This document shows, in pieces, positions 1 to 13,466 of a stretch of DNA of 64,000 nucleotides (position 1 is its first letter; each line of letters starts with the position of its first letter). The notes beneath the pieces were generated by a model that did not search any database, was not told the DNA's origin, and worked only from the letters and a program-made list of their open reading frames with translations. A program made the position numbers and the translations under genes. Source of the stretch: Eledone cirrhosa (lineage: Eukaryota); assembly GCA_964016885.1 (NCBI GenBank), contig OZ024748.1, positions 29,388,001-29,452,000 on the forward strand, read 5' to 3'.

Positions 1-9
1 CTGGCGGTG
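1..9 (-). CDS. SAFB: SAFB-like copy A exon 8 (start only, runs off the left edge)
   Basis: Identical to 56346-56354 with the same ttctatag acceptor. Confidence 0.75.
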
Positions 10-1680
10 CTATAGAAAGTTAATTTAGAATGAAATAGTTGATACGAAATGAAAACTTGTTAAACCTCACTCCACAACAGACTGTGTTGTGTTGAGAGTT
101 TCAATAGGAAAGAAAGAATGCAATAAATAAAATGTTACTATTAAAGCTTTTAGTCTAGCAATCCTATAAGATTAATAGACTATAGGCTCTACAGTTGAAA
201 TATGGATAATAATTACATTTCAAATAGAAACTTTTGTGTCAAATTTTCACTCCATATATCCTCAGTGATATTGTCTTCAACACATTCAAAATAGAACTGA
301 AGTAGTTGTACAAAACACTAAAACTAAGCTACAGGCTCTCAGAAAATATAGAACTGGATAGACTCTTGAGAAAAATACCACAAATGTCTCACTGACACAC
401 AGATACATATATATTTATGTATGTATTATACTGTTAACCATGGGATGGCTTCAGTAAATTCAGACATGTTTACACTGCTAATGCAATGGTAAGTAATTTA
501 ATGAGAGAGACAATAAAATGGTTTGTAGTAAAGTTTGATACTCATGATCAAGTCATCAATTATCCAGAAATTTTTCAGGTGTTGTATTTCATTTACATAA
601 ATTATATTAATTTACATGGATCCATAAGGAATGCAGCATTCTATAGCATATCATGGAGGAGTGTTGAATATGTCCTGGAATAGGATGTCAGTTGGCAAAC
701 AACCAGATATCCAGATGTAGAGGTTTTTCTCCACATCTGGAAGAACTGAGGCCCATAGAAGTGTCTTGTTCAAAGATGTGAAAATTTTGGAAGAATCAGC
801 AGGGGTTTCAATGACTTCTAAGCTATTTTGAATCTAGGCAAATGCATGAACACGCAAACACATTTTATATATATATATGTATGTGTATGTGTGAGTGTTT
901 GTGTATACATGTATGTAGACCCAATCCATTGCCAGCCTTTCATCCAGGTCTCTGTATAACAATCTTGGTGTGCTGCTTCATTCCCTTGTGTAATGCCACA
1001 CTATTAGTGGAACTCACATGCAGTAGTGGATTCTCCAATAGAGAATCCACTACCAGGTTACCACTGCTTAATGATGGTGGAGTTACATTTGTTACTGGTT
1101 GCTCGGTGGTGTCTCACTACCAAGTGTGATTAAATCAACTTCATCTTCATGTGTAATAACCTCAAACTCAAGTCACTGAGTTGCAGTGGCCCTATACTTA
1201 TAGGGATCAAATTAGTGGTTAGCAGCAAATGACACAATGGTCTTCATTTTGTCTTCTCTTTACTCACAGCAATTTCAGATATTCTACAAAGGCTATAGAC
1301 ACAACTTACCTTTGAATAAACCATAACAAGATTTTTTTTATAACGTACACAACATACATATACAAAAGATATAAAGTATAAATATATGTATGTATACATA
1401 CATGCACATATATACAAGATATTAGTGCAAAAACCTAATATACATATATAAAAAAATTATATCATTCTAAACATTGAAAAGTTTCAACATTTCTGAGTTC
1501 ATATAACACTAGTGATATTTCCTGACAGTAAACGGAAAAATGATTTATCAACTAAATATTACATTTTTCCTGCATGTTTTTTTTTGTTGATGTTTGCTAT
1601 ATACATTAGGTTATTATTAGAACCAAAATGAACTTGTGTTGCTCTTTGTGGGACCTTTGTCATGAGATAATAATAATAAT

Positions 1681-4275
1681 TCTTTCTTTATTAACCACAA
1701 GGGTTGACACAAAGTATAACATTAAGGCACAGGACGGTACAAATCGGTATTTCTGCGTATAAAAAAACAACAAAAAACAAATAAAAATTCCCCAATAGAG
1801 GGAGACTACCGAGGGTCACTCTTGGAGAAAGCCCACAAAAAAAAGCCACGGTTACCCTGACCACTAGGGCAAGTGCCTTCTTCTAGTTTTCCTCCTACGA
1901 TGCTACAGGCACATGCTCAGGGTAGGCCCATTCTTGCCTCCCTCACTCACCTTTCAACAAGATGGCTGGAAGGCAGCACTTCCCTCTCCACTCTGATTTT
2001 CCTTTTCAGGGGAAACCTGAAAAAGTTAATGAGGGTGTCACTGAAGAGGAAAGTACCTGTCTTCAACCCTTTCAGACGCATCCACCATACGATCTCTTTT
2101 ACCATAGCCACCAGCCAGATAAAAACTGCCTGCCCTTCCCGGCTAAAGGCAGCGGGGCAATCCTCACGATGGACTTCAGCTGATAGCCAGATCATGCAAC
2201 AGCAAGTGTTCGACATAAACCCACAAGTCAGCAATGCTCAGACAAGCCCGGCTGACAGAACTTCCATGCCTGTAGAGTTTATCCCGAATTGGCAAAGCAC
2301 CTCGGTAGCACTGGCAAGCCAGGGATTTCTGAAAGTTATTCGTAGGCCCCGGACCGAAAGTTCTCCCGAAGAGATTGGCTAGTTGTTTTTGTCGATGCCC
2401 AGAGTCTCCCCAGGGATGTCGTCGCTCTTCCCCTCCACTAACCCTCTATAGAACACCAAGGTCGAGTTTCCACTGATCGCATTGCTCAACTGGTCGAGGG
2501 CTGTAAGCGCCTGAAGACATTCCAGTCTCCAAGTGCTTCATCAAGGAGACAAACTGGGGAAACACGCGTCTAGCAAAAAGCAACCACACCTGATCACCGT
2601 TGAGGAAGAGGAGCCGTAGCCTGAGTGCATGCCCAGCCCTCCGCATAGCCGGTGTGACAGCAGATGGACTGCCTGATCATCGGAGTGCGCCCCTTCCACA
2701 AAAAGCGAAAGAGCAAACACTCCAGCGCAGTCAGGCGAGTCTTAGGACAAGGCACGACGGTCAAGCGGGAATAGATGATGGACGCGATGTATGCGTTTGC
2801 CACCTCCGCTCGACCTATTTCTGGTTTTTCCAGTTTTTGTCCGTTTGGAGGTCCTGACTGAACCAGACCCCTAGCAATTTAACAGATCTGTCCACCCAGC
2901 ACCCGACGATGCTATTAGACGGCATGGACCTGCCTCTCCAGGTGCCGAGCTGCAGGCCCACCGACTTTTCCTGATCATTGCTCCTGTCACCACCTCGTAT
3001 TCTCTTAGTGTGGTGCCAATCGCATCAATGTGTTTGGCGTTCGACACCACTATGGTGACACAGTTCCTCCGCATCCCAGTCCTCACGGGACCCCGCTTAA
3101 CGTTTCCAATTTGTGCAGTAATGGCTCAAGAGTCAATACGTACAATAGGTGATATCCTTGGCGGACCGAGCACATGATGTTGAATGGTTCCAAAAGGTGA
3201 CCATTCACTCTCACCACAGGGCAGATGTTGCTGTGTATGGCAGCGATCCAGCCTTTGAAGACGAGCCCAAAGCCAGCTGCCCTTAGGACTGCCGCCAGAC
3301 CCTATGGAAAGCTTTCAAATGATCTAAATTGATCAACCCCCCCACCCGTGCCAGGTTCCCTACCTACCCTCTCCACAATGTATCGCATGAAGTGCAGGTT
3401 GTCGTGGATGGATCTGTCTGGAATGGCGCATGTCTGCACCTCTCCCACCAGACAACCAGCGACAAGAGCCAACCTCTCTCTAGCACCATGGCAAAAATCT
3501 TGAACTCTGTGTTTAGCAGAGTTATGGGCCTGAAATTATCTATGTTATCCCCCTTGTTCGGATCCTTTCTCAGCACAGAGAGCTGGGAATTCTCTCATTC
3601 TGCTGCCAGTTGCAGTAGACGTCTGCCAAGAGTTCTCCGAATAAGTCTGGCATGTGTACGTAAAGTTTGTAGGGCAGACCATCCAAACCATGCGATTTAC
3701 CCATTGTGCAGCCAGTCATTGCCTCCCGTTCTTCAGCGGTTCTTATTGGCTTTTCGCAACAATCCGCCTCAGTGGCCAAGATCCGCGGCAGTCCGTTGAG
3801 GTAGGCACTAAAGTCCATCCTGCGATCCGGCCCGACGCTGTCCCCAAACAGCTGAGCGAAGTATCGCTGAAAAACCACACACATTTGTCGTGATCCACCA
3901 AAGACCATATCGTGGCTGTGTTGCCACGACGCACCTCTGCTACTCAGGCCCATCGAACGGATTTCGTCCCTTCGTGTCTGAGAGCACGCGCCCTAGCTCA
4001 GACAATGCAACCTTCGTGCTTTGCGTTGAAGAATTGGTCGAGGGCCAATTTCGCCGCTGTTCTTCCTCGTGGACAATTTTTTCCGTCCACCATGTTTTTC
4101 CAAACAAAAAAATTGAGGGGTATTATTGTAAATAAACACGAATTCAGCCCTTAAGGACGTGAGATACAGTTAAAAAAACACCTCTTTTGAAAGAGGGGTT
4201 CTTTAGCTAGACAACAATGTAAAATCAACTGACTTACTTTGTCGTAGTTACACACGTCTCGAGAGATTCAGCACA
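1681..4275 (-). mobile_element. Degenerate L1/Tx1-clade LINE (RT region and 3' part)
   Basis: NFRPITLLNTEFKIFA and GKSHGLDGLPYKLY motifs; frameshifted; bounded by (TAA)n; ends approximate. Confidence 0.75.
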
Positions 4276-4289
4276 ATAATAATAATAAT

Positions 4290-5990
4290 GACAACAACCA
4301 GAAGATGTTATTTGAACAGCTTGAAGGGAAAGAACGAGGTAACAACGTGATACCTAAGGCTGAACAGACTAAGGCACTTTGGAGAGGAGTATGGGTGCAG
4401 GATGTTGAACATAATAGTCAGGCAGTGTGGATTGAGACAGTTCAAAAGGAGATTAGTGAACAAGCACACCAACAACCTGATTTGAGTATCACAGCTGAAA
4501 CCCTTAAAGGGCAGGCCAAAAAACTAACCAATGACCAGGCCCAGATGGTGTGCAAAGATATTGGATAAAAAATATAACATCCCTCCACTCAAATTCAATG
4601 ACTACTTGATGCCGGGTGAAGTACCAGAGCAGTTGACAAAAGGTACCACAGTTCTGGTAATGAAAGACCGAATCAAGGGTAATGAGGTTACCAACTATAG
4701 GCCTATCACATATCTGTCCGTAATGTGGAAACTTAAGAATTGTGTCTGAGGAAATCTACTATTACCTCCACATAAACAACTTATTACCGGACAAACAGAA
4801 AGGATGCCGAATGAAGTCCCGGGGTAGAAAAGACCAGTTACTTATTGATAAGATGGTAATAAGGAATAGCAAGAGGAGGCATACTGGTCTTGCCATGGGA
4901 TGGATAGATTACAAAAAGACATTCGACATGGTACCTCATTCTTGGATAACAAAAAGCTTAGAGATCTTCAAGGTGGCAGACAACATCAGACAGCTATTAA
5001 GTAAAAGTATGAAGTCCTGGAAAACAAAACTAACATCAGGTGGAGAATCCTTGGGAGGCGTGAAGATCAAGAGAGGTATCTTCCAGGGAGATAGTTTGTC
5101 CTTACCCTCATACCCTTGTCCCTCATATTGTGAAAAGTGAGAGCAGGATACAAGCTGAGAAGAGGGGAGCTTACCATCAGCTTACCTTCTTTAAGAAAAC
5201 AGAATTCAGAGATCCAGACGTGGAACTGGTTAAAAAGAAGAGACCGTAAAAAAGCTACAGAAGGAATGCTAATGGCTGCACAAGAGCAAGCACTTAGAAC
5301 GAAGTGGGTGAAACACCATATTGACAAGAAGGAGGCTAGCTCACTGTGTAGGATCTGTAGAGAGAGAGAGGGGAGACTGTGGCTCATATTGTATCCGAGT
5401 GTAAACACCTAGCCCAAACGCACTATAAAGACTGGAGACATGATGACAGGAAAGGTGATTTACTGGCATCTATGCAAACTAAACAATTTACCACATTCTG
5501 AGAAGTGGTATGAGCATAAGCCAGAGTCGGTGATAGAAAACGATCAAGTGAAGATGCTATGGGATTTTTGGATACAGACGGACAAGAAATTAGAACACAA
5601 TAGACCTGACCTGGTGGCTTTTGACAAGGAAAAAAGATCGTGCCTGCTTGTAGATGTAGCCTGCCCATTTGACACGAGAGTGCAAGAAAAGGAGAGGGAG
5701 AAAATTAACCGATACCAGGATTTAAAGTGGGAGTTAAAAAGGATTTGGAACTGTCATGAGATCAAGGTCGTCCCGATTGTCATAGGAGCACTAGGTAGTA
5801 TCTCAAAGAGTTTTCAAGGATGGTTAAAGAAGATAAGTCCAGCCCCGTTTTTTGGAACACTTCAAAAGGCATGCTTGCTGCGAACAGCAAGAACCCTCCA
5901 ATATGTCCTGAATATCTGAGGCTGCAGGTAGCGGCTTGATATTCATTTGAACAAACTTTCCAGTTAAATAACATCAATGACCGAGACTCA
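4290..5990 (+). mobile_element. Dong/R4-like LINE with restriction-like endonuclease, 5'-truncated
   Basis: RT motifs ([25 protein letters not shown]), CRIC, RPDLV..LVDVACP..EKINRY; (TAA)n on both sides. Confidence 0.85.
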
Positions 5991-6559
5991 AATAATAATA
6001 ATAATAATATAATTATTACATATTATAATGTACTATCTATTTGTACGTTAATTTGTTCCTGAATATATACCACAAAAATTGTTTTACGGTTATTCTTGAA
6101 TCCCACAATTGGTTACTGGTTGATCAAGGGATCCTTTTTGAGGCAGTGCTTTACGGCTGGATGCCCTGCTTGCTGCCAGCCCCTTTAATTACATCTTATG
6201 GCATGTAAGGATATAGGGTATCTATTATAAATAGATACAGAAGAAATAATCTCATGGTGGTTTAACCCTTTAGTGTTCAAAACGACCAAAACCGGCCGCA
6301 ATTATTTCCCCTTCAGTTCAATCCAGCCGAAAACGGCCAATAACACCCACACTAACATATCGTTCTAAAAATAAACAATACCGTCATCAAAATCTCATCA
6401 ATTTGAGATTACTGCGAGATTAGGCCCTTACCGCGAAAATTAAAACAACACGTGTTTTTTTAACGTTGAAAGTACAACAGATTTTTGTGTGTAACAACAT
6501 GGCTTGTGAAAGTAGGTTTTGCACACGACATTCAGAATAAACAAGAAACAAAAGATAAT

Positions 6560-6741
6560 TGTTTCTACTTTTGGCACAAGGCCAGCAATTACCCAGTGTA
6601 TTACTGGTACTTTATTTTATCGACCCCGTAAGGATGAAAGGCAAAGTTAACCTTGGCGGGATTTGAACTCAGAATGGAAAGGGCCATAACTCTTTGCGTC
6701 AAAGCATGGTGTCTGACCCTCTACCGATACTGCCAATCCAC
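6560..6741 (-). mobile_element. tRNA-derived SINE with Meta-like domain, nested in piggyBac
   Basis: GCCTTTCATCCTTACGGGGTCGATAAA on minus; 18-bp TSD caagaaacaaaagataat (6542-6559/6742-6759). Confidence 0.75.
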
Positions 6742-7431
6742 CAAGAAACAAAAGATAATGTTAGTGATTTATCTTCAAATGAATCTGATGTGTACATTTC
6801 TGAAATTTTCCGACGATGATTTCTGTTTTGAAAGTGAAAACGAAGGAGATCTCTAGGACGCCATTGAAGATATTACAGCAACGTGGTCGATAAATACCAC
6901 ACCTACACATGTTCCCGATTTTATTGAAAATACCGGTCCACAACACACATTACCTCCTGATGATAAAGCACTGAATTATTTCTTTTCGTTTTTGTCACAA
7001 ACTTTCTTCGAAGTTGTGACAAAAGAGACAAACGGATATGCCCAACAACAGATTTCAAATCGAAGAAAACCCAATCTGTTATAGCGACTGACAGATGCTG
7101 CGGAGATACAAGCGTTTTTTGCCATAAATATTATGTTTGGTATAAAACAATTTCCAAGACTGTGGAATTACTGGAGCACTGATATAAGGTGACCCTTATA
7201 TATCAAGTTTTATGGCAAAAACAAGGTATTCAAAATGAAACCAGTATCTGCACCTGGTTGATACTTCAAATGACCCCCGGTAGAAATGATTTGAATTATG
7301 ACCCTCTGTATAAAGTTCGACCATTAATTAAAATGCTATCTGAAAAATTTAAAACAGTATATATACCTGAGAAAATCTTAGTGTTGAGGAAGCTATGATT
7401 GGGTATAATGGTAGAGTAAATTTTAGACAAT

Positions 7432-7800
7432 ATCATCATCATCATCATTTTACGTCCGCTTTTCCCTGCTTGCAAGGGTGGGAGGACGGGAACTGATTCT
7501 GGCTTGATTTCTACAGCTGGATACCCTTCCTAACACCAACCTCATTTACAGTGAGTGCTGTGTGCTTTTTTTGCCGTGGCATCTACACGTCCACTTTACA
7601 GTGTGGGCTGGGTGCTTTTTTGCCGTGGCATCTCCACGACCACTCTGCAGTGGAATGATAGGGAACCCAGTCCTATCATCTCATTTTTACAGCTGAGTAA
7701 ACTGGAGCAATGTGAAATAAAGCGTCTTGCTCAAGGAAACAACACATCACCTGGTCTGAGAATTGAACTCACAACCTTTCGATTGCAAGCCCAATGCTCC
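7432..7800 (-). mobile_element. Composite SINE (tRNA head, CORE-like, RTE-type (ATG)n tail)
   Basis: Near copy at 23039-23370; tail shared with local RTE LINEs. Confidence 0.7.
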
Positions 7801-9191
7801 AACAAGCTAAACCTACTAAATGGGGCATCAAGGTGTGGGAACTCTGTGAATCAGACACAGGCTACTGTGTAAACTTTGATGTTTACACAGATAAGAAACA
7901 CAACAGAGAGAGAAAAAATGGATTGGAGTACGATGTTGTGTGGTCTCTGACTGAACCCTTCCACTCTCAAGACAGACATATATATTTTGACCGTTTTTTT
8001 TCTTCAGTGCTTCTAGCAGAGGATCTTGCCCTCATAAATACGTACACCTGCAGTACAAAATTTAAAAAGAGAGAGGACATTCTCCAAGTGCAAAAAGGGA
8101 ACATGTTAGCCACATTGTACAAAGACAAACGGCAAATTTTGTTCCTATCTTCTAACCAACAACCAGGAGTTGGGGCTGAAGGTAAACCTTTAGTCAACCT
8201 CACTTATAATAAATATATGGGCGGGGTTGACAAATATTGTGCGTATTACCCAGTTGGACGTCTTGGAAAGAAATGGTGGAGATATATCTTGTGATTTTTA
8301 GTGAATTTATTGTAACACATTAGATACAAAAACACCTGCATTCACCTGTGTCACACTTGTTAATGAACTTATATATTGAGCACATTCTTTTAAAAATCTA
8401 CTGAGTACATTGTGTAAGAGTACATTGCCAATATTATTTTGACTGGTGAAAGGATTTTATACATTTTTTACAATGAAAATATTTGCATGGAATGTAGAGA
8501 CAGACTAAAACCTTTTACTGATTATACCTGTATTTTAAATTAATTCACCTGTTTGGAAAAGTGCTACAATTGTTGGAAGTCACCATCTAGGTCATTGTCG
8601 GATATTTTTTGTAACAAATCTTACAGGTAAGTCAGGTAAAGTTTAAGGTTTGTGTTTATCCACAAAGTCATTACTTTTACACTTGTTAATTAATTTCACC
8701 TGCCCATAAAAGTCAAATTTAACAAAAAAAAATCAGTAAAAATATACAGTTGTAAATTATTGATATTTTAACATCTACTTACAAAATTTCAACAATTACA
8801 AACAAATAAAATTGATAACCCTCTTGAGTATGATTAACTCAAAATAATGTGAATAGATAAACATGACATTTGACAAGTTAATGTGAATCATCATCAACAC
8901 TCCTTCACTCCCACACTCATTATAAATATATATTTATAAATATATTCATCATATATACATACATATAGAATAGGTATTTCAGTAGCTCTGAACCCATTTT
9001 TGTGGCAAAATTTTCTTGAATCTGGAAGTTTCTGCTAGAGATGGAATTAGTATTTCAGTAACTCCGAATCTTCTGAATATGTATGTACGTGTAACTGCCT
9101 CTCTGTTTTATGTTCTCTGTTCATTTATTAAACTATATACATATACATATATATACATAAACACACACACATATATATATATATATATACA

Positions 9192-10442
9192 CAGGATGTG
9201 GACAATATTTGTTCGCAATTTTCAACTGCTAATTTTATGCAAATTTTTTTACTTCCGTTGTCACTCTTGTCTTCATAAAAACAGGGACTATATTTCCATT
9301 ATTTATTTTCAGAATAATTGATTATGAATAATTTTGAACCTCCAAATTTGTGGAAGAGACACGGAGTTCTTCTTGGAATCTGCGTTGGGAGGACAAATAA
9401 GGAAATTTCAGACTTTCTCAGCATCAGCAGAAAGGTCAGAAAGGAATTGGAAGATTCAGGATTCGACTATGAAGCAACGTCAGAGAGGAAAACACATGAT
9501 CGACGATCTGACGCCTTCAGAATGCCCAAGTTCAGGATATCATCAACAATGAACCTAGCAAGTCGATGCGTGCCATTGCAAGGGAGAAAGGCGTGAATGA
9601 AAAGCTCATTAGGCTGGTGGTACATGAAGACATTCGCTACGTTTCATACAAGATGAGGAAAGGACAATTTCTGTCAAAGGCGATGCAAGAAAAGCGACTG
9701 AAGCACGTAAAGAAGCTGATCAACAAGTTGAAACACCCACTGGAGCCAGACATGTTGTGGTTTTTCTCCAACGAGAAAAACTTCTGCCAAGACCAGACGA
9801 TCAACTCCCAGAACAACAGGTGGCTCGCTGTCTCATCCAAAGACGTGTCCAGACTCATGCAGACAAAGTTTCCAGCGACAACATTGGTCTCAGGTGTCGT
9901 CATGCCACTTCACTTCTTCCCTGAGGGCCTCAAGCTGAACACCGATGGCTACATCTGCGTTCTGAGCGAGGTAGTAAAGCCCTGGATCAACCAGGTAGCT
10001 GCAGGTAGGCCGTACGTATGGCAGCAAGACTCAGCGCCCTGCCATACCAGCCGAAAGACCCAAGCCTGGCTGTCAGAGAACTTCGTCGACCACACTTCAC
10101 CTGACTTCTGGCCTCCCAGCTCGCCTGACTGCAACCCCCTCGACTTCTTTGTGTTGGGCGCAGTGGAATGAGACACCAACAGATCTAGCTGCAATACAAA
10201 AGACGATCTGAAGGCCAGGATCACAAGTGCCTTTAGGGGCCTAAGTCAGGGGACAGTGACGAAGGCCTGTAGCCGGTTCCAAGGCCGCCTTGAGGCAGTC
10301 ATCAAAGCCAATGGCAGGTTTATCAAGTGAGATCGAAAGAACAAGTGATGAAGACAAACTGACCCAAGTTTGATAAATATATCTTAAAAAATAAAACTTT
10401 TCCTAGAGAGTAATCTTGCGAACAAATATCGTCCGCACCCTG
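9192..10442 (+). mobile_element. Tc1/mariner DD37D (maT-type) transposon, inactive
   Basis: 27-bp TIRs with 3 mismatches; QQD-37aa-D spacing; first D replaced by N; frameshift and premature stop. Confidence 0.88.
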
Positions 10443-10562
10443 TATATACATATACTGTTTTCTTTGATTATTGAGGTGTGAATCATGAATATGTACCAGA
10501 AGGACAAGCAGTTACAAATGTCAGGATCTGTTGGTTTCACAAAACTCATAGCTGCATCATGA

Positions 10563-11872
10563 CGAGGTGTCAGAAAAGTTCCAGGACTGATGTCACAAAA
10601 GATTTATTTCAAACCCAAACTTCACACTAAGAGTTTTCTCCTTCAAAGTAATCCCCCTGGAGTCTAATACACTTTTCCATCCTTTTCTGCCACGCTTGCA
10701 TGCACTCCTGGAAGGATTCTTCCGGGATCCTCCGCAGTTCCGTCATCACAGCCTTTTTGATGTCGTCCACGTCTTCAAAACGGGTCCCCTTGATGACCCC
10801 CTTGAGCCTGGGGAATAGGAAAAAATCACACGGAGCCAGGTCGGGGGAGTAGGGAGGTTGCTCCAGCACGGCGATGTTCTTCTCGGCCAGGAACTGTCGG
10901 ATGCTCAAGGCATTGTGAGTAGGCACGTTATCATGGTGAAGCAGCCACGAGTTGTCCTGCCACAACTCTCGCCTCTTCTCACACACTGAACGAAGCAAAC
11001 GCTGCAGTATCTCTTTGTAGACATGTTGGTTGATCGTCTGGCACTGTGGCAAGAACTCGCAGTGGACGATCCCCCTCACATCGAAGAATGTGATCAACAT
11101 GACCTTGTCTTTGGACTTCGACTGTCGTGCTTTCTTCGGCCTTGGCGACGACGGACTCTTCCACTGAAGGCTCTGGCGTATGGTTTCCGGGTCGTACTCA
11201 AAGATCCATGACTCATCACCGGTGATGACTGTCCCTAGCAAGTCTGGTTCGGTTTCAAGACGCTTGAGGATGTCCTGGCACACCTGCATGCGTCGACCCT
11301 TCTGTTCATCATTCAGCAGTTTTGGCACCATCTTCGCGCAGACTTTCCGCATGTCCAAATCTTCAGTGAGAATCTTCCAGACGCTGTCCCGATTCATGCC
11401 CAGCTCATTTGCCATCAGTCGAACAGTCAGCCGACGATCGCTACGTACCATCTGCCTGATGCGCTCAACGTTGACATCAGTCCTGGTTGTTGAGGGCCTT
11501 CCGCTCCTAGGGTCATCTTCCACGTCCTCGCGTCCTTCTTTAAACCTCTTGCACCACTCAAAAACACGTGAGCGTGACATCGTCTCATCTCCATACACTT
11601 GCTGCAGCAATCCCAGTGTTTCTTTCGGAGTTTTCCCCAACCGTACCAAAAACTTCAAGTTTGTTCGTTGCTCTGTGCTCATTGCTTGACGACCTGAAAC
11701 AAAGGACATGTATATAAAATTATGAAGAAAAAAGTTTGATCGCTGCAGAGAGCTAAGATTACAGTTACATACTGCAGGGGGATTACTTTGAAGGAGAAAA
11801 CTCTTAGTGTGAAGTTTGGGTTTGAAATAAATCTTTTGTGACATCAGTCCTGGAACTTTTCTGACACACCTC

Positions 11873-11873
<1 letters not shown>
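10563..11873 (-). mobile_element. Mariner DD34D transposon with ~100-bp TIRs
   Basis: 10563-10662 inverted at 11772-11873; TA on the right flank, GA on the left. Confidence 0.92.
10627..11682 (-). CDS. Intact mariner transposase (351 aa from MSTEQR)
   Basis: TGDESW, HDN-34aa-D, YSPDLAPCDF; no stops or frameshifts. Confidence 0.9.
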   Translation of the reverse strand: MSTEQRTNLKFLVRLGKTPKETLGLLQQVYGDETMSRSRVFEWCKRFKEGREDVEDDPRSGRPSTTRTDVNVERIRQMVRSDRRLTVRLMANELGMNRDSVWKILTEDLDMRKVCAKMVPKLLNDEQKGRRMQVCQDILKRLETEPDLLGTVITGDESWIFEYDPETIRQSLQWKSPSSPRPKKARQSKSKDKVMLITFFDVRGIVHCEFLPQCQTINQHVYKEILQRLLRSVCEKRRELWQDNSWLLHHDNVPTHNALSIRQFLAEKNIAVLEQPPYSPDLAPCDFFLFPRLKGVIKGTRFEDVDDIKKAVMTELRRIPEESFQECMQAWQKRMEKCIRLQGDYFEGENS

Positions 11874-11914
<41 letters not shown>

Positions 11915-11915
<1 letters not shown>

Positions 11916-12715
11916 TCATCATCATTTTACGTCCGTATAGTTTCTTTCATCTAGTGCATCTTCTTTACTCTTGTAGTGGTTGATAATGATGCTGCAGCGT
12001 CAATCATTTGGTATGACACCATTTAGTATGACTTGGTTTACAATATGTGGTTAAAGTGCGACCTATCGACCCTGATGCATTCAGCATCTCGGCAACTATT
12101 CCTGATGGACCAGCTGCTTTCCCGGTTTTCATATCCTTAATTGCCTTATTACCCTGCTGCTGACTTGTACAGCTAGGCCCTCTATTGGATTCACTTGGGG
12201 TAGGGTCTCTTTCTCCCATGCATTCTCCTGATTCAGTAATCTTTTATAATGGCTCTTCCATGTTACTTTCTTTTTGGCACCTGTGAGGCCAATTGCACCT
12301 TTACCATCACAGACACATTTCTTACCAATGATATCATAAATTTCCCTAACACACTGCCCAGTAATCCTGAACACTTCATGTTTCTAGTCTCCAAGCTGCA
12401 AAACTTGCTTGAATTTTTTATCTTCTGCTTCCCTCTTTGCCAAGTATATTTGTTGACTAGCTTCCCTCCTGGCCGCTCATATACAAGCTGCCTTTCATTT
12501 TTAGAGAAAAACCCTTTGTTGCCAACAGTGGTATTAGCTCTCTGAACTTTTTCCATCCCGTTCTAACTTTAGCTACTGTACTTTCAGAACACCCTCCTCC
12601 ACTGCTGATTTTGTCACTCAGATAACAGAATGTGTCTACTATTTCTATAGAACCATCTGGGCAGTTGGAAGAGTTAGTATCCAGTGGGAACTCGCTACTT
12701 ACTGCACTTATATAA
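11915..12715 (-). mobile_element. Deleted RTE LINE fragments
   Basis: GKAAGPSGIVAEML and RTGWKKFREL fragments; (ATG)n tail. Confidence 0.75.
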
Positions 12716-12717
12716 TT

Positions 12718-13466
12718 AAATGAAAAAACAATGTTGTCTCCTATCAACATAAAGCGAAAATATATTTAAATACATATAAGAATGAGAATACTCATCACAA
12801 GAACAGCCGTTAAAACATCTAAATGCTGTCTAAGACAGTGATGGCCAAAAATGACTCAGAAGACAGAGCAGTGGCCAGTGATCAACAGAGAGAGACAATT
12901 CACAAGGTGGGTGACAGGCAGATGAAATATAGAAAAGATTGAAAGAGGAGAAGGACAAGGAAAAGTGTTTTGGTACACAGAAGTCACTGGAGGAAGGAAA
13001 CAAAGAAAGGTGATGTAGAAGACAAGTTTACACACATTCATCCTCATCAACTCTCAAAGCAGCAAAATGGTTTCGCACGATTTAATTGAGAGTACCATTT
13101 TAAAATGCTGGATCGTGCAACAGAGAAATAAATCTTTCTGCTGGTATGATATGCGTGCGATAAATCAAACAGCACAGATAGGACAAAAGAAAAAAAAGAA
13201 ATGAAAATAATGGGATAATGGACCTCAAGCTGTAGTGTCTGTCCTAAATAGAAAGCTAATCATAGCTATGATAAACTTAAATGAAAAACAATGTTGTCTC
13301 CAATCGAGACGAAGCGAGAGTGTATTTAAATACATATAAACATTTTTTAAATCATCGTTAGAACAGCCGTTAAAACAACTAAATGGCGTCAAGGACAGCG
13401 ATGGCCAAAAATGCCGCAGAGGACAGAGACAATCCACAAGGTGGGCTACAGGCAGATGAAATATAG
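12718..13466 (+). repeat. Diverged direct repeat of ~200 bp (12718-12930 and 13278-13466)
   Basis: Shared aaatgaaaaaacaatgttgtctcc...agaacagccgttaaaaca...acaggcagatgaaatatag. Confidence 0.65.

Larger units (their letters stand above)
6266..8888 (+). mobile_element. Degenerate piggyBac-like transposon with nested SINEs
   Basis: TTAA|CCCTTTAG start; KPTKWGIKVW, YFDRFFSS and YNKYMGGVD motifs; right tip lost. Confidence 0.85.

Noticed and set aside
1-870. Duplication as a haplotype or assembly artefact
   Set aside because: The copies differ by many old TE insertions, exon indels and diverged intron stretches, more than expected for alleles; not formally excluded without reads
1283-1330. Extra SAFB exon at a GTAAGT donor near 1289
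   Set aside because: No convincing acceptor or reading frame, and no counterpart in copy B
11683-11925. N-terminal extension of the 432-aa mariner ORF (possible fusion protein)
   Set aside because: It reads through microsatellite and TIR sequence; the real start is probably MSTEQR at 11682
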